A DNA stretch of 64,000 nucleotides. Origin: Planctomycetia bacterium. Its GTDB lineage: Bacteria; Planctomycetota; Planctomycetia; Pirellulales; UBA1268. Position numbers and translations under genes: made by a program. Positions 28,147 to 37,938 of the stretch are shown one piece after another. The notes under the pieces were generated by a model. It made no database searches. It was not told the DNA's origin and was given only the letters and a program-made list of their open reading frames with translations. Where the stretch lies: contig JAIOPD010000050.1 of NCBI GenBank assembly GCA_021414115.1, forward strand, positions 5,496 through 69,495, written 5' to 3'. Each line of letters begins with the position of its first letter. Position 1 is the first letter of the stretch.

Positions 28147-28202
28147 ACCTGCGACCTCTTGACCCCCAGTCAAGCGCGCTAGCCAGGCTGCGCCACGCCC
28201 CG
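28128..28202 (-). tRNA. tRNA-Pro (anticodon GGG)
   Basis: Folded by hand from the reverse complement. Acceptor CGGGGCG/CGCCCCG; D stem GCGC/GCGC; anticodon stem CTTGA/TCAAG with loop CTGGGGG; T stem GCAGG/CCTGT with loop TTCAAAT; discriminator A. CCA is not encoded. Confidence 0.9.
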
Positions 28203-28302
28203 AACACGCCGTAGGACGACAGCGCACCCGGCGCCGACGCCCCACGACCGAAACACTATGGCACAACGCGATCCGGGCTTCAACACGAGTTGACGGCGCG
28301 CG

Positions 28303-28623
28303 TCAAACGCGGGCCGAGGCCCCTGTCTTGCCCCGCATGCACACCACGCCCAGGCAGTTCCAGAGCGCCGCCGCCGTCGCGCCGCCGATGGAGCCCAGCA
28401 CCGCCGCCGCCACGAGCGTCATCCAGACCCCGCGCCACGCCGTCAACAGCACCGCCGCCACAATCCCCAGCCGATTCGGATCGACGTGTAGACCGCCCAC
28501 AGGCCATTCCGGCACCGGGGCTGGAAATGGGGCCGTTCCCGGCCGCCACTCGTCAACACCCGGCCCGACTGACACACTTGATGGTCCGTATGCCGTGACC
28601 GCCCCGCGGAGCCCCATCACCAT
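28303..28623 (-). CDS. Possible small membrane protein
   Basis: Tail of ORF 28303..28992, 106 aa from MVMGLRG. It has two hydrophobic stretches (LGIVAAVLLTAW, VWMTLVAAAVLGSIGGATAAAL) and strong third-position G/C bias when read by hand. The start is uncertain. Confidence 0.4.
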   Translation of the reverse strand: MVMGLRGAVTAYGPSSVSVGPGVDEWRPGTAPFPAPVPEWPVGGLHVDPNRLGIVAAVLLTAWRGVWMTLVAAAVLGSIGGATAAALWNCLGVVCMRGKTGASARV

Positions 28624-29575
28624 GACCGCCACGACCACGCCCTCCCATCCGACACCCCCGCACGGCCGCTTTGCCGACCGCCTCGCCGCCGCGATAAAGG
28701 ACCGACGCACCCCCTCCTGCATCGGCCTCGATCCACGCCGCGAATCGTTGCCGCCGGCGCTCGCCGCCGCGGCCACCTCCGACCCCAAGACGCTCGCTGA
28801 CATCTTCGCGCGATTCTGCCGCGACGTGATCGACGTGGTCGCGCCACTCGTGTCCATCGTCAAGCCGCAGCTCGCATGCTTCGAGGCGATCGGCCCGCAC
28901 GGCATGACGGCGCTCGCCGACGTGATCGCACACGCGCGGAGCAAGAACCTGCTCGTGCTCGCCGACGGCAAACGCGGCGACATCGGTTCCACGGCGGAGG
29001 CCTACGCCGAAGGCTGGCTCGCCGGACCATGGGCTGCCGACGCGCTCACGGTAAACCCCTACCTCGGCCTCGATTCCGTCGAGCCCTTCGTGAAAACGGC
29101 CGATGCCCGCGGCGCCGGGATCTTCGTGCTCGTGAAGACGTCAAACCCTGGCAGCAAGGATTTCCAGGACCTGCGGTGCGACGGCAAGACGAACTATGAG
29201 CACGTCGCCGCTGGCGTGGAGCAGCTCGCGGTCCGCACCGCCGCCGGCGGGCGATTCGGCGCGGTCGGCGCCGTCGTGGGGGCCACGTGGCCCAAGCAAC
29301 TCGACGACCTCCGTGCGGCCATGCCCCACACGTGGCTGCTCGTGCCCGGCTTCGGACGCCAGGGCGGGCGGGCGTCGGATGTGCGCGGCGCATTTCATCC
29401 GGACGGCATGGGTGCGATCATCGTGAGCGCCCGCGACGTGATCTTCGCGCACGCCCGGCCCGAGATGAATGCGGGGCTCTCCGAGGGCCAGTGGCAGACC
29501 GCCGTCGATCGCGCGTGCCGCGACATGATCGAGCGGCTCGCCGCCGACACTCCCGCCGCCACGCTCAACGCATAG
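28622..29575 (+). CDS. pyrF: Orotidine 5'-phosphate decarboxylase (type 2)
   Basis: 317 aa from MTATTTPS within ORF 28328..29575. It contains CIGLDP, VKPQLACFE, ADGKRGDIGSTAEAY and LLVPGFGRQGG. Confidence 0.92.
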   Translation: MTATTTPSHPTPPHGRFADRLAAAIKDRRTPSCIGLDPRRESLPPALAAAATSDPKTLADIFARFCRDVIDVVAPLVSIVKPQLACFEAIGPHGMTALADVIAHARSKNLLVLADGKRGDIGSTAEAYAEGWLAGPWAADALTVNPYLGLDSVEPFVKTADARGAGIFVLVKTSNPGSKDFQDLRCDGKTNYEHVAAGVEQLAVRTAAGGRFGAVGAVVGATWPKQLDDLRAAMPHTWLLVPGFGRQGGRASDVRGAFHPDGMGAIIVSARDVIFAHARPEMNAGLSEGQWQTAVDRACRDMIERLAADTPAATLNA

Positions 29576-29602
29576 GTCGCAAGGGGAACGCGCCCGCCAC
29601 CC

Positions 29603-29670
29603 GTATACCCGTCGCTCGCGCTCCGGGCTTCCTGGGGGCAGCCGTCAAGAAGCCCCAAGCGCCAGCGCGG
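29603..29670. repeat. Hairpin repeat family, locus A (B'-arm + 16-nt linker + partial A-arm)
   Basis: GTATACCCGTCGCTCGCGCTCCGGGCTTCC ... GAAGCCCCAAGCGCCAGCGCGG. It fills the 97-bp convergent spacer between the pyrF and ndk stops. Confidence 0.85.
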
Positions 29671-29672
29671 CG

Positions 29673-30134
29673 TCAGACTTCGCCCGGCGCCTGATACCAG
29701 CACGCGAGCGACGGATCCCACGCCTGGATCTCGTCGGCCTTGAAGTAGATGCCGATCTCGCGGGCAGCCGACTCAGGCGAGTCGGACGCATGCACGAGGT
29801 TCATCTGCCGACTCGACGAGTAGTCGCCGCGGATCGTGCCGGCGGCGGCCTTCAGTCCGCTGGTCGCACCGAGCATCTCACGGACCACGCGAACCACCTC
29901 CGGCCCCTCGAAGATCGTGCCCACGACCGGCGACGCCGTGATGAACTCCTCGAGCCCCGGATAGAACGGCTTCTCGACATGTTCGGCGTAGTGTTGCTTG
30001 GCGAGCGCGGGAGTGATCCGCAGCATCTTCATCGCCACGAGCCGCAGCCCCTTCTCCTCGAATCGCGTGAGGATCCGGCCCACGAGGCCGCGCTCGAGGC
30101 AGTCGGGCTTGAACATGACGAACGTGCGTTCCAT
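29673..30134 (-). CDS. ndk: Nucleoside-diphosphate kinase
   Basis: 153 aa from MERTFVMFKPD at the 3' end of ORF 29673..30875. It contains the NLVHASDS active-site His region. Confidence 0.95.
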   Translation of the reverse strand: MERTFVMFKPDCLERGLVGRILTRFEEKGLRLVAMKMLRITPALAKQHYAEHVEKPFYPGLEEFITASPVVGTIFEGPEVVRVVREMLGATSGLKAAAGTIRGDYSSSRQMNLVHASDSPESAAREIGIYFKADEIQAWDPSLACWYQAPGEV

Positions 30135-30323
30135 GAGATCCTCTGGTGGGCGTGGGGGGAGTGCCTGCGGGGCGTTTCCCGCGGCAACGCGGGCTTTGAA
30201 GCGTCGGAAGTGTAGGGACAAGGCCACGTCGGCCACAAGCGAACTCTCCTTGAACCACGGCCCGGCGGCCCCTATCCTCCCGCCCCACGTCGAGTCTCTT
30301 CTCCCCGCGGAGCCGTAGCCGCC

Positions 30324-30947
30324 ATGTGTCTTCACGGCCTCATGCCGTTCCTCATTGCCGCGATCGCGAGCGCCGCCATGGCCCTGCCCGCGTGGGCAGG
30401 AGACATGCCACCCGCGGTGGTCAGCCGGTTTACGCGGCAGGTGCAGCCGTTGATCGTCAACAGATGTGCCGCCGGAGCCTGCCACGGTGGCCCGGCCGGG
30501 CACACGCCCACCTTCGAACGCGGCGGCGCCGCGAGCCGCCCCGATCGCACCCACACCCTCGCCAACATGGGCGAGTTTCTCGACGCGGTCGGCAATGATC
30601 GCGATCCGCGGCGGCTCGTCACCATGCTCGCCGGCAGACATCCCGCCAAACCGGTGAAGAGCGGCCTCACTGCCGCGCCGCTCACGACCAGCGAGCGGAT
30701 CACGATCGAATCGTGGCTCGCCGCCGTTCGCGCCGCCGAGGGCGGACGCCGCTTCGACCCCGCCGTGCAACAGGCAGCGAGCCACGTCGAATCGACCCAA
30801 CAGCGAAATCCCTTCCGCGATCTGCTCGAGTCGGCGGCCTCTCCGCAGGAGCTTCCGCCGCCCCAGGAGCCGCAAGGGGTGATCTTCAAAAAGGACGACG
30901 AAACGTCGCCCGAACCTCCGGTCGCACCCGCACCGCCGCAGCCCTGA
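30324..30947 (+). CDS. Secreted hypothetical protein with PSCyt-like Cys/His motif
   Basis: 207-aa ORF with a signal peptide (MPFLIAAIASAAMALPAWAG). FTRQVQPLIVNRCAAGACHGG resembles the planctomycete cytochrome-C-like domain, but with C-x4-CH spacing. The C-terminus is Pro-rich. Confidence 0.6.
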   Translation: MCLHGLMPFLIAAIASAAMALPAWAGDMPPAVVSRFTRQVQPLIVNRCAAGACHGGPAGHTPTFERGGAASRPDRTHTLANMGEFLDAVGNDRDPRRLVTMLAGRHPAKPVKSGLTAAPLTTSERITIESWLAAVRAAEGGRRFDPAVQQAASHVESTQQRNPFRDLLESAASPQELPPPQEPQGVIFKKDDETSPEPPVAPAPPQP

Positions 30948-30950
30948 AGG

Positions 30951-31445
30951 CTAAAGCCGCACGCGGCCCGCGATGACGGCCTCGAGAAAGTCGCGGTTGC
31001 CGGCGAGGAGCGTCGGCTCGGCGAGCATCTCGTCGAGTGACATCCAGAGAATCTCGTCCACCTCGACCGGATGCGGCACGAGATCCCCGTCGGCGAGTGT
31101 CACCGTCCACCACGCCAGCCCCGTGCCCCACGACGTGACGCTCCGATGAACGCACCTGGACGGTTCGACCGCCGCCGCGAGCTCCTCGCGACACTCGCGA
31201 ACGACCGCGGCGTGCTCCGCCTCGCCAGGCTCGACGTGGCCGCCGGGAAAACAAATCTGGCCGCCAGCCGCCACGGACTTGCCGCGCCTGATCGCCAGGA
31301 AAAGGCCCCCGCGTCGGGCCACCGCCACGACGCCGCGTTTGAGGATTCGTCCGGCCGAAAGGTCTTCCTGTGTCACGTGTTGCACCTTCCTGATGCCGGC
31401 CGTCCGTGCGCCGCCGCGGCCCATGTGCCCCGGCACTGCATACAT
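30951..31445 (-). CDS. NUDIX hydrolase
   Basis: Only the last 164 aa of the 851-aa ORF are credible. The Nudix box is GGHVEPGEAEHAAVVRECREELA. The rest of the ORF is antisense to ftsH. An alternative start lies at 31424. Confidence 0.8.
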   Translation of the reverse strand: MYAVPGHMGRGGARTAGIRKVQHVTQEDLSAGRILKRGVVAVARRGGLFLAIRRGKSVAAGGQICFPGGHVEPGEAEHAAVVRECREELAAAVEPSRCVHRSVTSWGTGLAWWTVTLADGDLVPHPVEVDEILWMSLDEMLAEPTLLAGNRDFLEAVIAGRVRL

Positions 31446-31490
31446 TAGACTACCCCCTCTCGCGCAATCACCCCGGAGAACTCCGCGTCC

Positions 31491-33452
31491 ATGGATTCCG
31501 CTCCGCGTCCCAAGGGACCGTCCAACATGCCTCCCGTGCTCGGGCGTCCCATGGGGCTGCCGATGGTGGTCCTCCTGATCCTCGCGGCGGTGGCGCTCGC
31601 GACGCTCCTCACCGGCAACGCGACCCAGACCCGCAACGCCCTCCGCTACGACGACTTCGTCAAACAGGTCAAGGAGCGGAACGTCGCCAGCGTGGTCCTC
31701 TCGGGCGACCATCTCGAGGGCGAGTTCCTCAAGGAACTCCCCAGCGACGGCCTTCCGGGCCACAAGCCGCAGAAGTCCTTCTCGCTCGACCTCAATCCCT
31801 ACCTCCGCGAGGGCTTTGACAAGCTCATGCAGGAGCACGACGAGATCCGCAAGGAGACCCGCACACCCACCGACGGCACGGGCTTGCTGATGGGCCTCTA
31901 CATGCTCGTGCCGCTGCTCCTCATGGCGGGCTTCTGGATGACGCTCCGCCGCGCCCGCGACCCGCTGGGCAACACCGGCTTCCTCGGCGGCTTCGCCAAG
32001 TCGCCCGCCAAGCGGTACGCCGCCACCGACAAGCAGATCACGTTCGCCGACGTGGCCGGCCTCGAGCAGGTGAAGGCCGACCTCCAGGAGATCGTCGAGT
32101 TTCTGAAGGACCCCAAGAAGTTTCAGCGACTCGGCGGCCGCGTCCCCAAGGGCGTGCTCCTGATGGGCCCTCCAGGCACGGGCAAGACGCTCCTTGCCCG
32201 CGCCGTAGCCGGCGAAGCAGGCGTGCCCTTCTTCTCGATTTCGGGCAGCGAGTTCATCCAGATGTTCGTGGGCGTGGGCGCGTCGCGGGTTCGCGACATG
32301 TTCAAGACGGCCAAGGATGCCTCGCCGGCGATCCTCTTCATCGACGAGATCGACGCCGTGGGCCGTGTCCGCGGCGCCGGCCTGGGCGGCGGCCACGACG
32401 AACGCGAGCAGACCCTCAACCAGATCCTCAGCGAGATGGACGGCTTCAGTCCGTCGGAGTCGGTGATCGTGCTCGCCGCGACCAACCGGCCCGACGTGCT
32501 CGATCCCGCGCTTTTGCGGCCGGGCCGCTTCGACCGCCACGTGACGGTCGATCGCCCCAACCAGAAGGCGCGGCTCGCCCTCTTCAAGGTCCATACGCGA
32601 AACGTACCGCTGGCGGCCGATGTCGATCTCGACCGACTCGCCGGCGCGACCGTCGGCCTCACGGGCGCCGACATCCGCAACCTCGTTAACGAGGCCGCCC
32701 TCTGGGCCACGCGTCACGACAAGAACGCCGTCGACTCCTCTGACTTCGACTATGCCCGCGACAAGGTGCTGATGGGCCCGAAGCGGGAGGAGGTGCTCGC
32801 CGGCCGTGAGAAGACGATGACGGCCTACCACGAGGCGGGCCACGCGCTCGGCGCCTGGCTGCTTCCGGGCGTCGACAAGCTTCACAAGGTCACGATCATC
32901 CCGCGCGGCCGCGCGCTCGGCGTCACGCAACTCGTGCCCGAAGAAGACCGGATGAACATCGGCGAGTCGGACCTCACCAACCGGCTCACGTTCATCCTCG
33001 CGGGCCGGGCCGCGGAGAAGCTCGTGTTTGGCGAATACTCCGCCGGCGCCGAGAACGACCTCATGCAGGCCACGCGGATCGCACGCAAGATGGTGGCCAC
33101 CTGGGGCATGAGCGAACGGGTGGGGCCGGTGGCCTGCTCCACCTCCAACGAGCATCCTTTCCTGGGCCGTGACGTCTACGAGCAGCGGGAGTTCAGCGAG
33201 CGGACGGCACAGATCATCGACGAGGAGGTCTTCCGCGTGTTGGGCGAGGCGGCGGTGCGGGCGACGAAGCTCCTCACCGACAACCGCGACAAGCTCGACC
33301 GGCTGGCCAACGCCCTCGAGACGCGGGAGATGCTCGACGATACCGAGGTGGTGGAGATCATCGGCCCGGCCACGCCGAGACGAGCCGGCGAGTCGAGCCC
33401 CACGCCCGATCCCGCCCCGGTGCAGGCCGCCCGGGACTCCCACCAGGCCTGA
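31491..33452 (+). CDS. ftsH: ATP-dependent zinc metalloprotease FtsH
   Basis: 653-aa ORF with Walker A GPPGTGKT, an AAA second region of homology, and the zinc motif HEAGHAL. Downstream alternative starts are possible. Confidence 0.96.
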   Translation: MDSAPRPKGPSNMPPVLGRPMGLPMVVLLILAAVALATLLTGNATQTRNALRYDDFVKQVKERNVASVVLSGDHLEGEFLKELPSDGLPGHKPQKSFSLDLNPYLREGFDKLMQEHDEIRKETRTPTDGTGLLMGLYMLVPLLLMAGFWMTLRRARDPLGNTGFLGGFAKSPAKRYAATDKQITFADVAGLEQVKADLQEIVEFLKDPKKFQRLGGRVPKGVLLMGPPGTGKTLLARAVAGEAGVPFFSISGSEFIQMFVGVGASRVRDMFKTAKDASPAILFIDEIDAVGRVRGAGLGGGHDEREQTLNQILSEMDGFSPSESVIVLAATNRPDVLDPALLRPGRFDRHVTVDRPNQKARLALFKVHTRNVPLAADVDLDRLAGATVGLTGADIRNLVNEAALWATRHDKNAVDSSDFDYARDKVLMGPKREEVLAGREKTMTAYHEAGHALGAWLLPGVDKLHKVTIIPRGRALGVTQLVPEEDRMNIGESDLTNRLTFILAGRAAEKLVFGEYSAGAENDLMQATRIARKMVATWGMSERVGPVACSTSNEHPFLGRDVYEQREFSERTAQIIDEEVFRVLGEAAVRATKLLTDNRDKLDRLANALETREMLDDTEVVEIIGPATPRRAGESSPTPDPAPVQAARDSHQA

Positions 33453-33474
33453 CACACGGCCGCCGCCGTCTCTC

Positions 33475-33813
33475 ATGCGAAAGGATGCCCACGTGCTCGC
33501 GCACACCGTCTACTTCACGCTCAAAAACCGCACGCCCGAGGCAGCGGCGAAACTCTTGGCCGCCTGCCGCGCCCACCTCACCGGCCACCCCGGCACCGTG
33601 TCCTTCTCGGTCGGCACCTGTGCCACCGTGTATGACCGGCAGGTGAACGATCGCGACTACGACGTGGCCCTTACGATCGTGTTCGAGTCGCACGCCGCGC
33701 ACGATGAATACCAAACAGCCGAGCGTCACGAGATCTTCATCGCCGAAAACGCGACGGAGTGGGCGAAGGTCCGCGTCTTCGACGCCGACCTCGCCGAGTT
33801 CACAGCTCGTTGA
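33475..33813 (+). CDS. Dabb-family (stress-responsive alpha/beta-barrel) protein
   Basis: 112 aa from MRKDAHVLAHTVYFTLK. It has the typical approximately 100-aa Dabb pattern, ending ...HDEYQTAERHEIF... Confidence 0.8.
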   Translation: MRKDAHVLAHTVYFTLKNRTPEAAAKLLAACRAHLTGHPGTVSFSVGTCATVYDRQVNDRDYDVALTIVFESHAAHDEYQTAERHEIFIAENATEWAKVRVFDADLAEFTAR

Positions 33814-33822
33814 TGCGTCTCG

Positions 33823-33928
33823 GGAAGCCCGGAGCGCGAGCGACGGGTAGACGGGTGGTCTCCGTGAGGGTAGCGCAGAGCGAGGCGAGGTGGATGACGT
33901 ATACCCCGCGCTCGCGCTGGGGGCTTCC
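33823..33928. repeat. Hairpin repeat family, locus B1 (full unit, inverted orientation)
   Basis: GGAAGCCCGGAGCGCGAGCGACGGGTAGAC ... GTATACCCCGCGCTCGCGCTGGGGGCTTCC. It begins 10 nt after the Dabb stop. Confidence 0.85.
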
Positions 33929-34121
33929 CAAGGCACGAACTCAGCGAGGGGCTGCCCGTGCCCCGGAGCCGGCGTATGACGCCAAGCGCAGCCCGGATGG
34001 CGAAGCGCCGGCGGCATCCGAGTGAGTGGAGCCCAGGATGGGCGGAACGAACGTCCGGCTCCCGGGGCACGGGCAGCCCCGACCCTCGGCAAGCCAATCC
34101 GGCGCCGCCAAGAGGCCACCC

Positions 34122-34151
34122 GTATACCCCGCGCTCGCGCTTGGGGCTTCC
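34122..34151. repeat. Hairpin repeat family, locus B2 (solo arm)
   Basis: GTATACCCCGCGCTCGCGCTTGGGGCTTCC, 30 nt before the surE stop. Confidence 0.75.
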
Positions 34152-34180
34152 CGACGACGCGGCGCGACATCCAGCCCCGC

Positions 34181-34870
34181 TCACACCGCCCGCACTCGCG
34201 ACACGGCGATCGCACCGCCGAAGCACACGTCAATGTCGCCCCCCGCCACCCGTGGCCGCTCGTGGTAGCTCGAGTCGTAGCTCCAGCCTGCGTCGGTGAG
34301 TCGGTAGCCGAGGGCGAAGGGCGACGCGTCGATCGCGCACTCCACCACCGCCGGCGCCGCCGCGGCCACCGGCAGGTCGGGCAGATTGATGTTCCAAAAC
34401 TCTCCCGGCCCGCAGCCGCGGTCGCGAAGCATCGCGAGAATCTCCGCCACCCAGCCCGCCGCACGATCCCAGTCGATCGTCGTGCCACGCCGGTGATAGT
34501 GCGACGCCGCCACCGCGGGCCGGCCGTGCAGGGCTGCCTCGCGGGCTGCCGCCACGGTGCCGGAATGGTGGATGTCGGCGCCCAGGTTGCCGCCGGCGTT
34601 GATCCCCGACAACACGAGGGCCGCGTCGGGCACGAGCTGCGCGAGACCGATTCGCACGCAGTCGGCCGGCGTGCCCGCCACGCGAAATCGGCCGGGCGAC
34701 AGTTCGTCGACGCGGATCGCCCGATCGGTCGTCACGCGATGGCCGCAGCCCGAGTGGCATTCGGCCGGGGCCACGATCACGAGTTCGCCGCCAAGCACGG
34801 CCGCTGCGGCTTGCAGGGCGGCGAGTCCGGCCGCCTCGATGCCGTCGTCGTTGGTCAGCAGGATACGCAT
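34181..34870 (-). CDS. surE: 5'/3'-nucleotidase SurE
   Basis: 229 aa from [16 protein letters not shown]. It contains SGINAGGNLG and HSGTVAAAREAA. Confidence 0.92.
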   Translation of the reverse strand: MRILLTNDDGIEAAGLAALQAAAAVLGGELVIVAPAECHSGCGHRVTTDRAIRVDELSPGRFRVAGTPADCVRIGLAQLVPDAALVLSGINAGGNLGADIHHSGTVAAAREAALHGRPAVAASHYHRRGTTIDWDRAAGWVAEILAMLRDRGCGPGEFWNINLPDLPVAAAAPAVVECAIDASPFALGYRLTDAGWSYDSSYHERPRVAGGDIDVCFGGAIAVSRVRAV

Positions 34871-35754
34871 GGCCGCCCGGCCGCACGGGCCGCAAGAGAT
34901 TCCAGGATCGCCCACACGCCCTCGGCCGCGCCGGCCGCCATCTTGCAGACGTCCTCCGCATCGGTGGTGGTCGAGGTCGGCGCGTCTGGCCTGGCGACGT
35001 TGGTCACCACCGAGCAGACCGCGACGTCGAGCCCCATCCGCGTGGCGGCCACCACCTCAGGCACCGTCGACATGCCGACCACGTCGCCGCCGAGCCGCCG
35101 CAGCATCCGGTATTCCGCGCGGGTCTCGTAGCTCGGCCCGGACAGAAACGCATAGACGCCCTTGCGGGCGGTCGCATCGACCCGCCGCGTGGCCCGCAGC
35201 GCGAGAGCGACGAGTTCGGGATCGTAGAAGGTCGTCCGTTCAGGCTCGCCGGTGTCGTCGGCCTCGAGGCACTCGCCCCACGGTCGGCGCACGAGATCGA
35301 TGTGGTCGGTGACGATCACGAGTTCGCCGCTCACCATGTCGGGCTCGAGCCCTCCCGATGCGTTGGTGAGCAGCACCTGCGACACGCCAAGAGCCGCGAG
35401 CAACTCCACACCGCGGGTGAGCGTTTCGGGCGGAAAGCCCTCGTAGCCGTGCACCCGACCCTGGAGCATCGCGACGGGCACGCCACGGAGCGAACCGCAG
35501 ACGATCCGCCCGGCGTGTCCGGTGGCCATCGACTTGGCGAGCCAGCCCGTCTCGGTCGACGGCATCGCCCAGCGTCCGGTGAGCCGGTCGGCGAGCCCGC
35601 CCAAGCCGGTGCCGAGCACCACGCCAATCGTCGCCGGACAGCCGCCGGCCGCGACGACCCGCTCGGCCGCATCGACGGCGCCGTCCCGGGGGCGTCCCAT
35701 CCGCAGCCGCGGCCGGCCGACGTCAGCCGACGCCCGAGTGTTCTTTGGCATCAT
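34855..35754 (-). CDS. Purine-nucleoside phosphorylase (PNP/MTAP family)
   Basis: ORF 34855..35826, with start candidates at 35754 or 35700. It contains [25 protein letters not shown] and VGMSTVPEV. Confidence 0.9.
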   Translation of the reverse strand: MMPKNTRASADVGRPRLRMGRPRDGAVDAAERVVAAGGCPATIGVVLGTGLGGLADRLTGRWAMPSTETGWLAKSMATGHAGRIVCGSLRGVPVAMLQGRVHGYEGFPPETLTRGVELLAALGVSQVLLTNASGGLEPDMVSGELVIVTDHIDLVRRPWGECLEADDTGEPERTTFYDPELVALALRATRRVDATARKGVYAFLSGPSYETRAEYRMLRRLGGDVVGMSTVPEVVAATRMGLDVAVCSVVTNVARPDAPTSTTTDAEDVCKMAAGAAEGVWAILESLAARAAGRPCVSC

Positions 35755-35885
35755 GGGCAGTCGCCAACCGGGTTTGCCGCTCCTCGGGAAAAACCATATC
35801 CTCGCGCCCGTCGCCAAAACCGGCAAGCGTGCCGGCTTCCGACCGGCGGCCGTGCCCGTCAGCCATGTGTCCCAGGATCGTTCCG

Positions 35886-36785
35886 ATGCCCACCCGTGCC
35901 GAGAAGTTTGCCGGTCTGTCCGTCGCCATCGTCACGCCGTTTCGCGACGGCAAGCTCGACTCCGCCCGTCTCAAGCAGCAGATCGACGTCCAGGCGGAGG
36001 CCGGCACCACCTGCATCTGTCCCGTCGGCACCACGGGCGAGTCGCCGACCCTCACGCACGACGAGCATGAGCGGGTGATCGCCGAAAGCATCGCGGCTTC
36101 GGCGGGCAGGCTGCTGGTGATGCCCGGCACCGGTTCCAACTCCACCGCCGAGGCGGTCCGGCTCACGAAGTTTGCCGCGAAGGCGGGTGCGGATGCGGCG
36201 CTCGTCGTCGGCCCCTATTACAACCGCCCGACCCAGCAGGGCATCTACGAACACTTCAAGGCGCTCGCCGAGGCCGTCGACATCCCGATCTGCATCTACA
36301 ACATTCCGACGCGAACAGGACGCAACATCGAGCCCGAGACGATCATCCGCCTCGCCGAACTACCCGGCATCGCCATGCTCAAGGAGGCGACCGGGGCGAT
36401 GGATCAGGCCTCGCAGGTGCTCGCCGCCACCGACCTCACGGTGCTCTCCGGCGACGACAGCATGACACTGCCGCTCCTTGCCATCGGCGGCCGCGGCGTG
36501 ATCTCGGTCGTCGGCAACCTCGTGCCGGCAGACATGAAGGCGCTCTATGACGCCTTCGAGGCCGGCGATCTGCAGCAGGCCCGGGCCCTCCATGTGAAGC
36601 TCTTCTCGCTCTGCCGCGACCTCCTCGGACTCGCGAGCAACCCGATCCCGATCAAGGCCGCGATGGCGCTGGTGGGCCGCGACACCGGCGAGATCCGGCT
36701 GCCGCTGGTGCCGCTGGAGCAGCCGCTGGTCGTGAAACTCCGCCAGGCGCTGGCCGACTACGGCCTCGCCGTGCAGCCCGCCTGA
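35886..36785 (+). CDS. dapA: 4-hydroxy-tetrahydrodipicolinate synthase
   Basis: 299 aa from [19 protein letters not shown] (alternative start at 35865). It contains GTTGESPTL and YNIPTRTG, plus the KEA active-site Lys region. Confidence 0.93.
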   Translation: MPTRAEKFAGLSVAIVTPFRDGKLDSARLKQQIDVQAEAGTTCICPVGTTGESPTLTHDEHERVIAESIAASAGRLLVMPGTGSNSTAEAVRLTKFAAKAGADAALVVGPYYNRPTQQGIYEHFKALAEAVDIPICIYNIPTRTGRNIEPETIIRLAELPGIAMLKEATGAMDQASQVLAATDLTVLSGDDSMTLPLLAIGGRGVISVVGNLVPADMKALYDAFEAGDLQQARALHVKLFSLCRDLLGLASNPIPIKAAMALVGRDTGEIRLPLVPLEQPLVVKLRQALADYGLAVQPA

Positions 36786-36792
36786 CCGACCG

Positions 36793-37923
36793 TCATTCGA
36801 TCACGCGGAGCACGGCACCTTGGGCGTCGAACCGGGCGATCACGATGTCGTGATGCTCGCCGAGCCCCAGCGTTTCGAGCCGGTCGACGAGGGCGCCGGC
36901 CTTCTCGAGCGACTCGCAGCACGCCATCACGGCCGGTCCCCAGCTCGACTGCGTGGAGCCGGGATAGCCGAGCTCGCCGAGCAGTTCGATGAGGTCCGCC
37001 GTGGCCTGGGCATAGGGCAGATTCTTCGACTCGGGGGCGAAGGGTGCGCCGGCGAGCGCGCCGAAGTTCCTCAGGGCGAGCGAGAACTCGATGAACTTGC
37101 CCTCCACGGCCGCAGGCAGCAGTTCCACCAGCGCGATCCGCGACAGTTCGGCCGTGACTTCCTGCGGGACCGGCGGCAGCCGCTTGAAGGCCGCCCGTTC
37201 GGCATCGCCCGAGAGGCCCGCCGCGTCGCGGGCGATCAGCAGCACGCACCGCCACGACGATGGAAGGCGGGCCCGCGAGACCATCGGCGAAAAGTCGCGG
37301 AGCGCATCGTCGTCGGTGCCTGCCCCTTCCCGGACCATACGGCCCGCCTCGACGATCAGGCCGCCGCGGCTGAAGCCGTAGACACCAACGCACGACCGTC
37401 GGCCACGGCCGACCGCGCGGGCAAGTTCGAGCGCTTCCTGCACATCGAAAAGCCAATCGTGTTCGGAGGGATGCAGTTCGCCCTGAACGGGATGGGGGGG
37501 CGCCGGTGGCGGGCTCGACTCCGCTGCCGTGCGAAACAGGTGCCGCAGGCCCGCGGCCACGGCCAGCCCCAGCTGCGTGCCGCTGCCGAGGCCGACATGC
37601 GCCGCCGGTGCGGCCACCACCTCGATCGCACAGCCCACGTCGCCGAGCTTCCAGGTCGTGGCGCACTGCTTCGCAAACCGCACCGCGCGTTCCGCGTGCA
37701 GCCCGCGGGCCTCGAGCCGGGCTGCACGGCGCAACCGCACCTGCACGGCGGGCCGGTCGAGCATCGCCCCGACGCCGCCAAACCAGCGGGTGCCCGGGGT
37801 GCCGAACGAGAGCATGCCGAGGTGCAATCGCGCCGGCGCCCGAACCTCGACGGCGGTACAGGGCGATGTCGGACCTGAGACTTCGAAAGGCATGGCCCTT
37901 GAATATACCCGCGGCCGGCTCAA
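36793..37923 (-). CDS. Beta-ribofuranosylaminobenzene 5'-phosphate (beta-RFAP) synthase-like GHMP-family protein
   Basis: 376-aa ORF. VEVRAPARLHLGMLSF...GGVGAML and VGLGSGTQLGLAVAAGL match the pattern of methanopterin-pathway beta-RFAP synthases. An alternative start lies at 37893. Confidence 0.78.
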   Translation of the reverse strand: MSRPRVYSRAMPFEVSGPTSPCTAVEVRAPARLHLGMLSFGTPGTRWFGGVGAMLDRPAVQVRLRRAARLEARGLHAERAVRFAKQCATTWKLGDVGCAIEVVAAPAAHVGLGSGTQLGLAVAAGLRHLFRTAAESSPPPAPPHPVQGELHPSEHDWLFDVQEALELARAVGRGRRSCVGVYGFSRGGLIVEAGRMVREGAGTDDDALRDFSPMVSRARLPSSWRCVLLIARDAAGLSGDAERAAFKRLPPVPQEVTAELSRIALVELLPAAVEGKFIEFSLALRNFGALAGAPFAPESKNLPYAQATADLIELLGELGYPGSTQSSWGPAVMACCESLEKAGALVDRLETLGLGEHHDIVIARFDAQGAVLRVIE

Positions 37924-37938
37924 CCGCAGGCCCCCTGC

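Noticed and set aside
31446-33506. The upstream approximately 690 aa of the 851-aa minus-strand ORF 30951..33506
   Set aside because: This part is antisense to ftsH, which has Walker A and HEAGH motifs. Only the C-terminal 164 aa (the NUDIX box) are credible, and they lie outside ftsH.
33358-35131. 376-aa (minus) and 369-aa (plus) ORFs running through the repeat locus B and surE
   Set aside because: They translate the hairpin repeats, giving recurrent peptides such as PRSRLGLPD and GKPGARATGRR that also appear at other repeat loci. They conflict with a clear surE frame.
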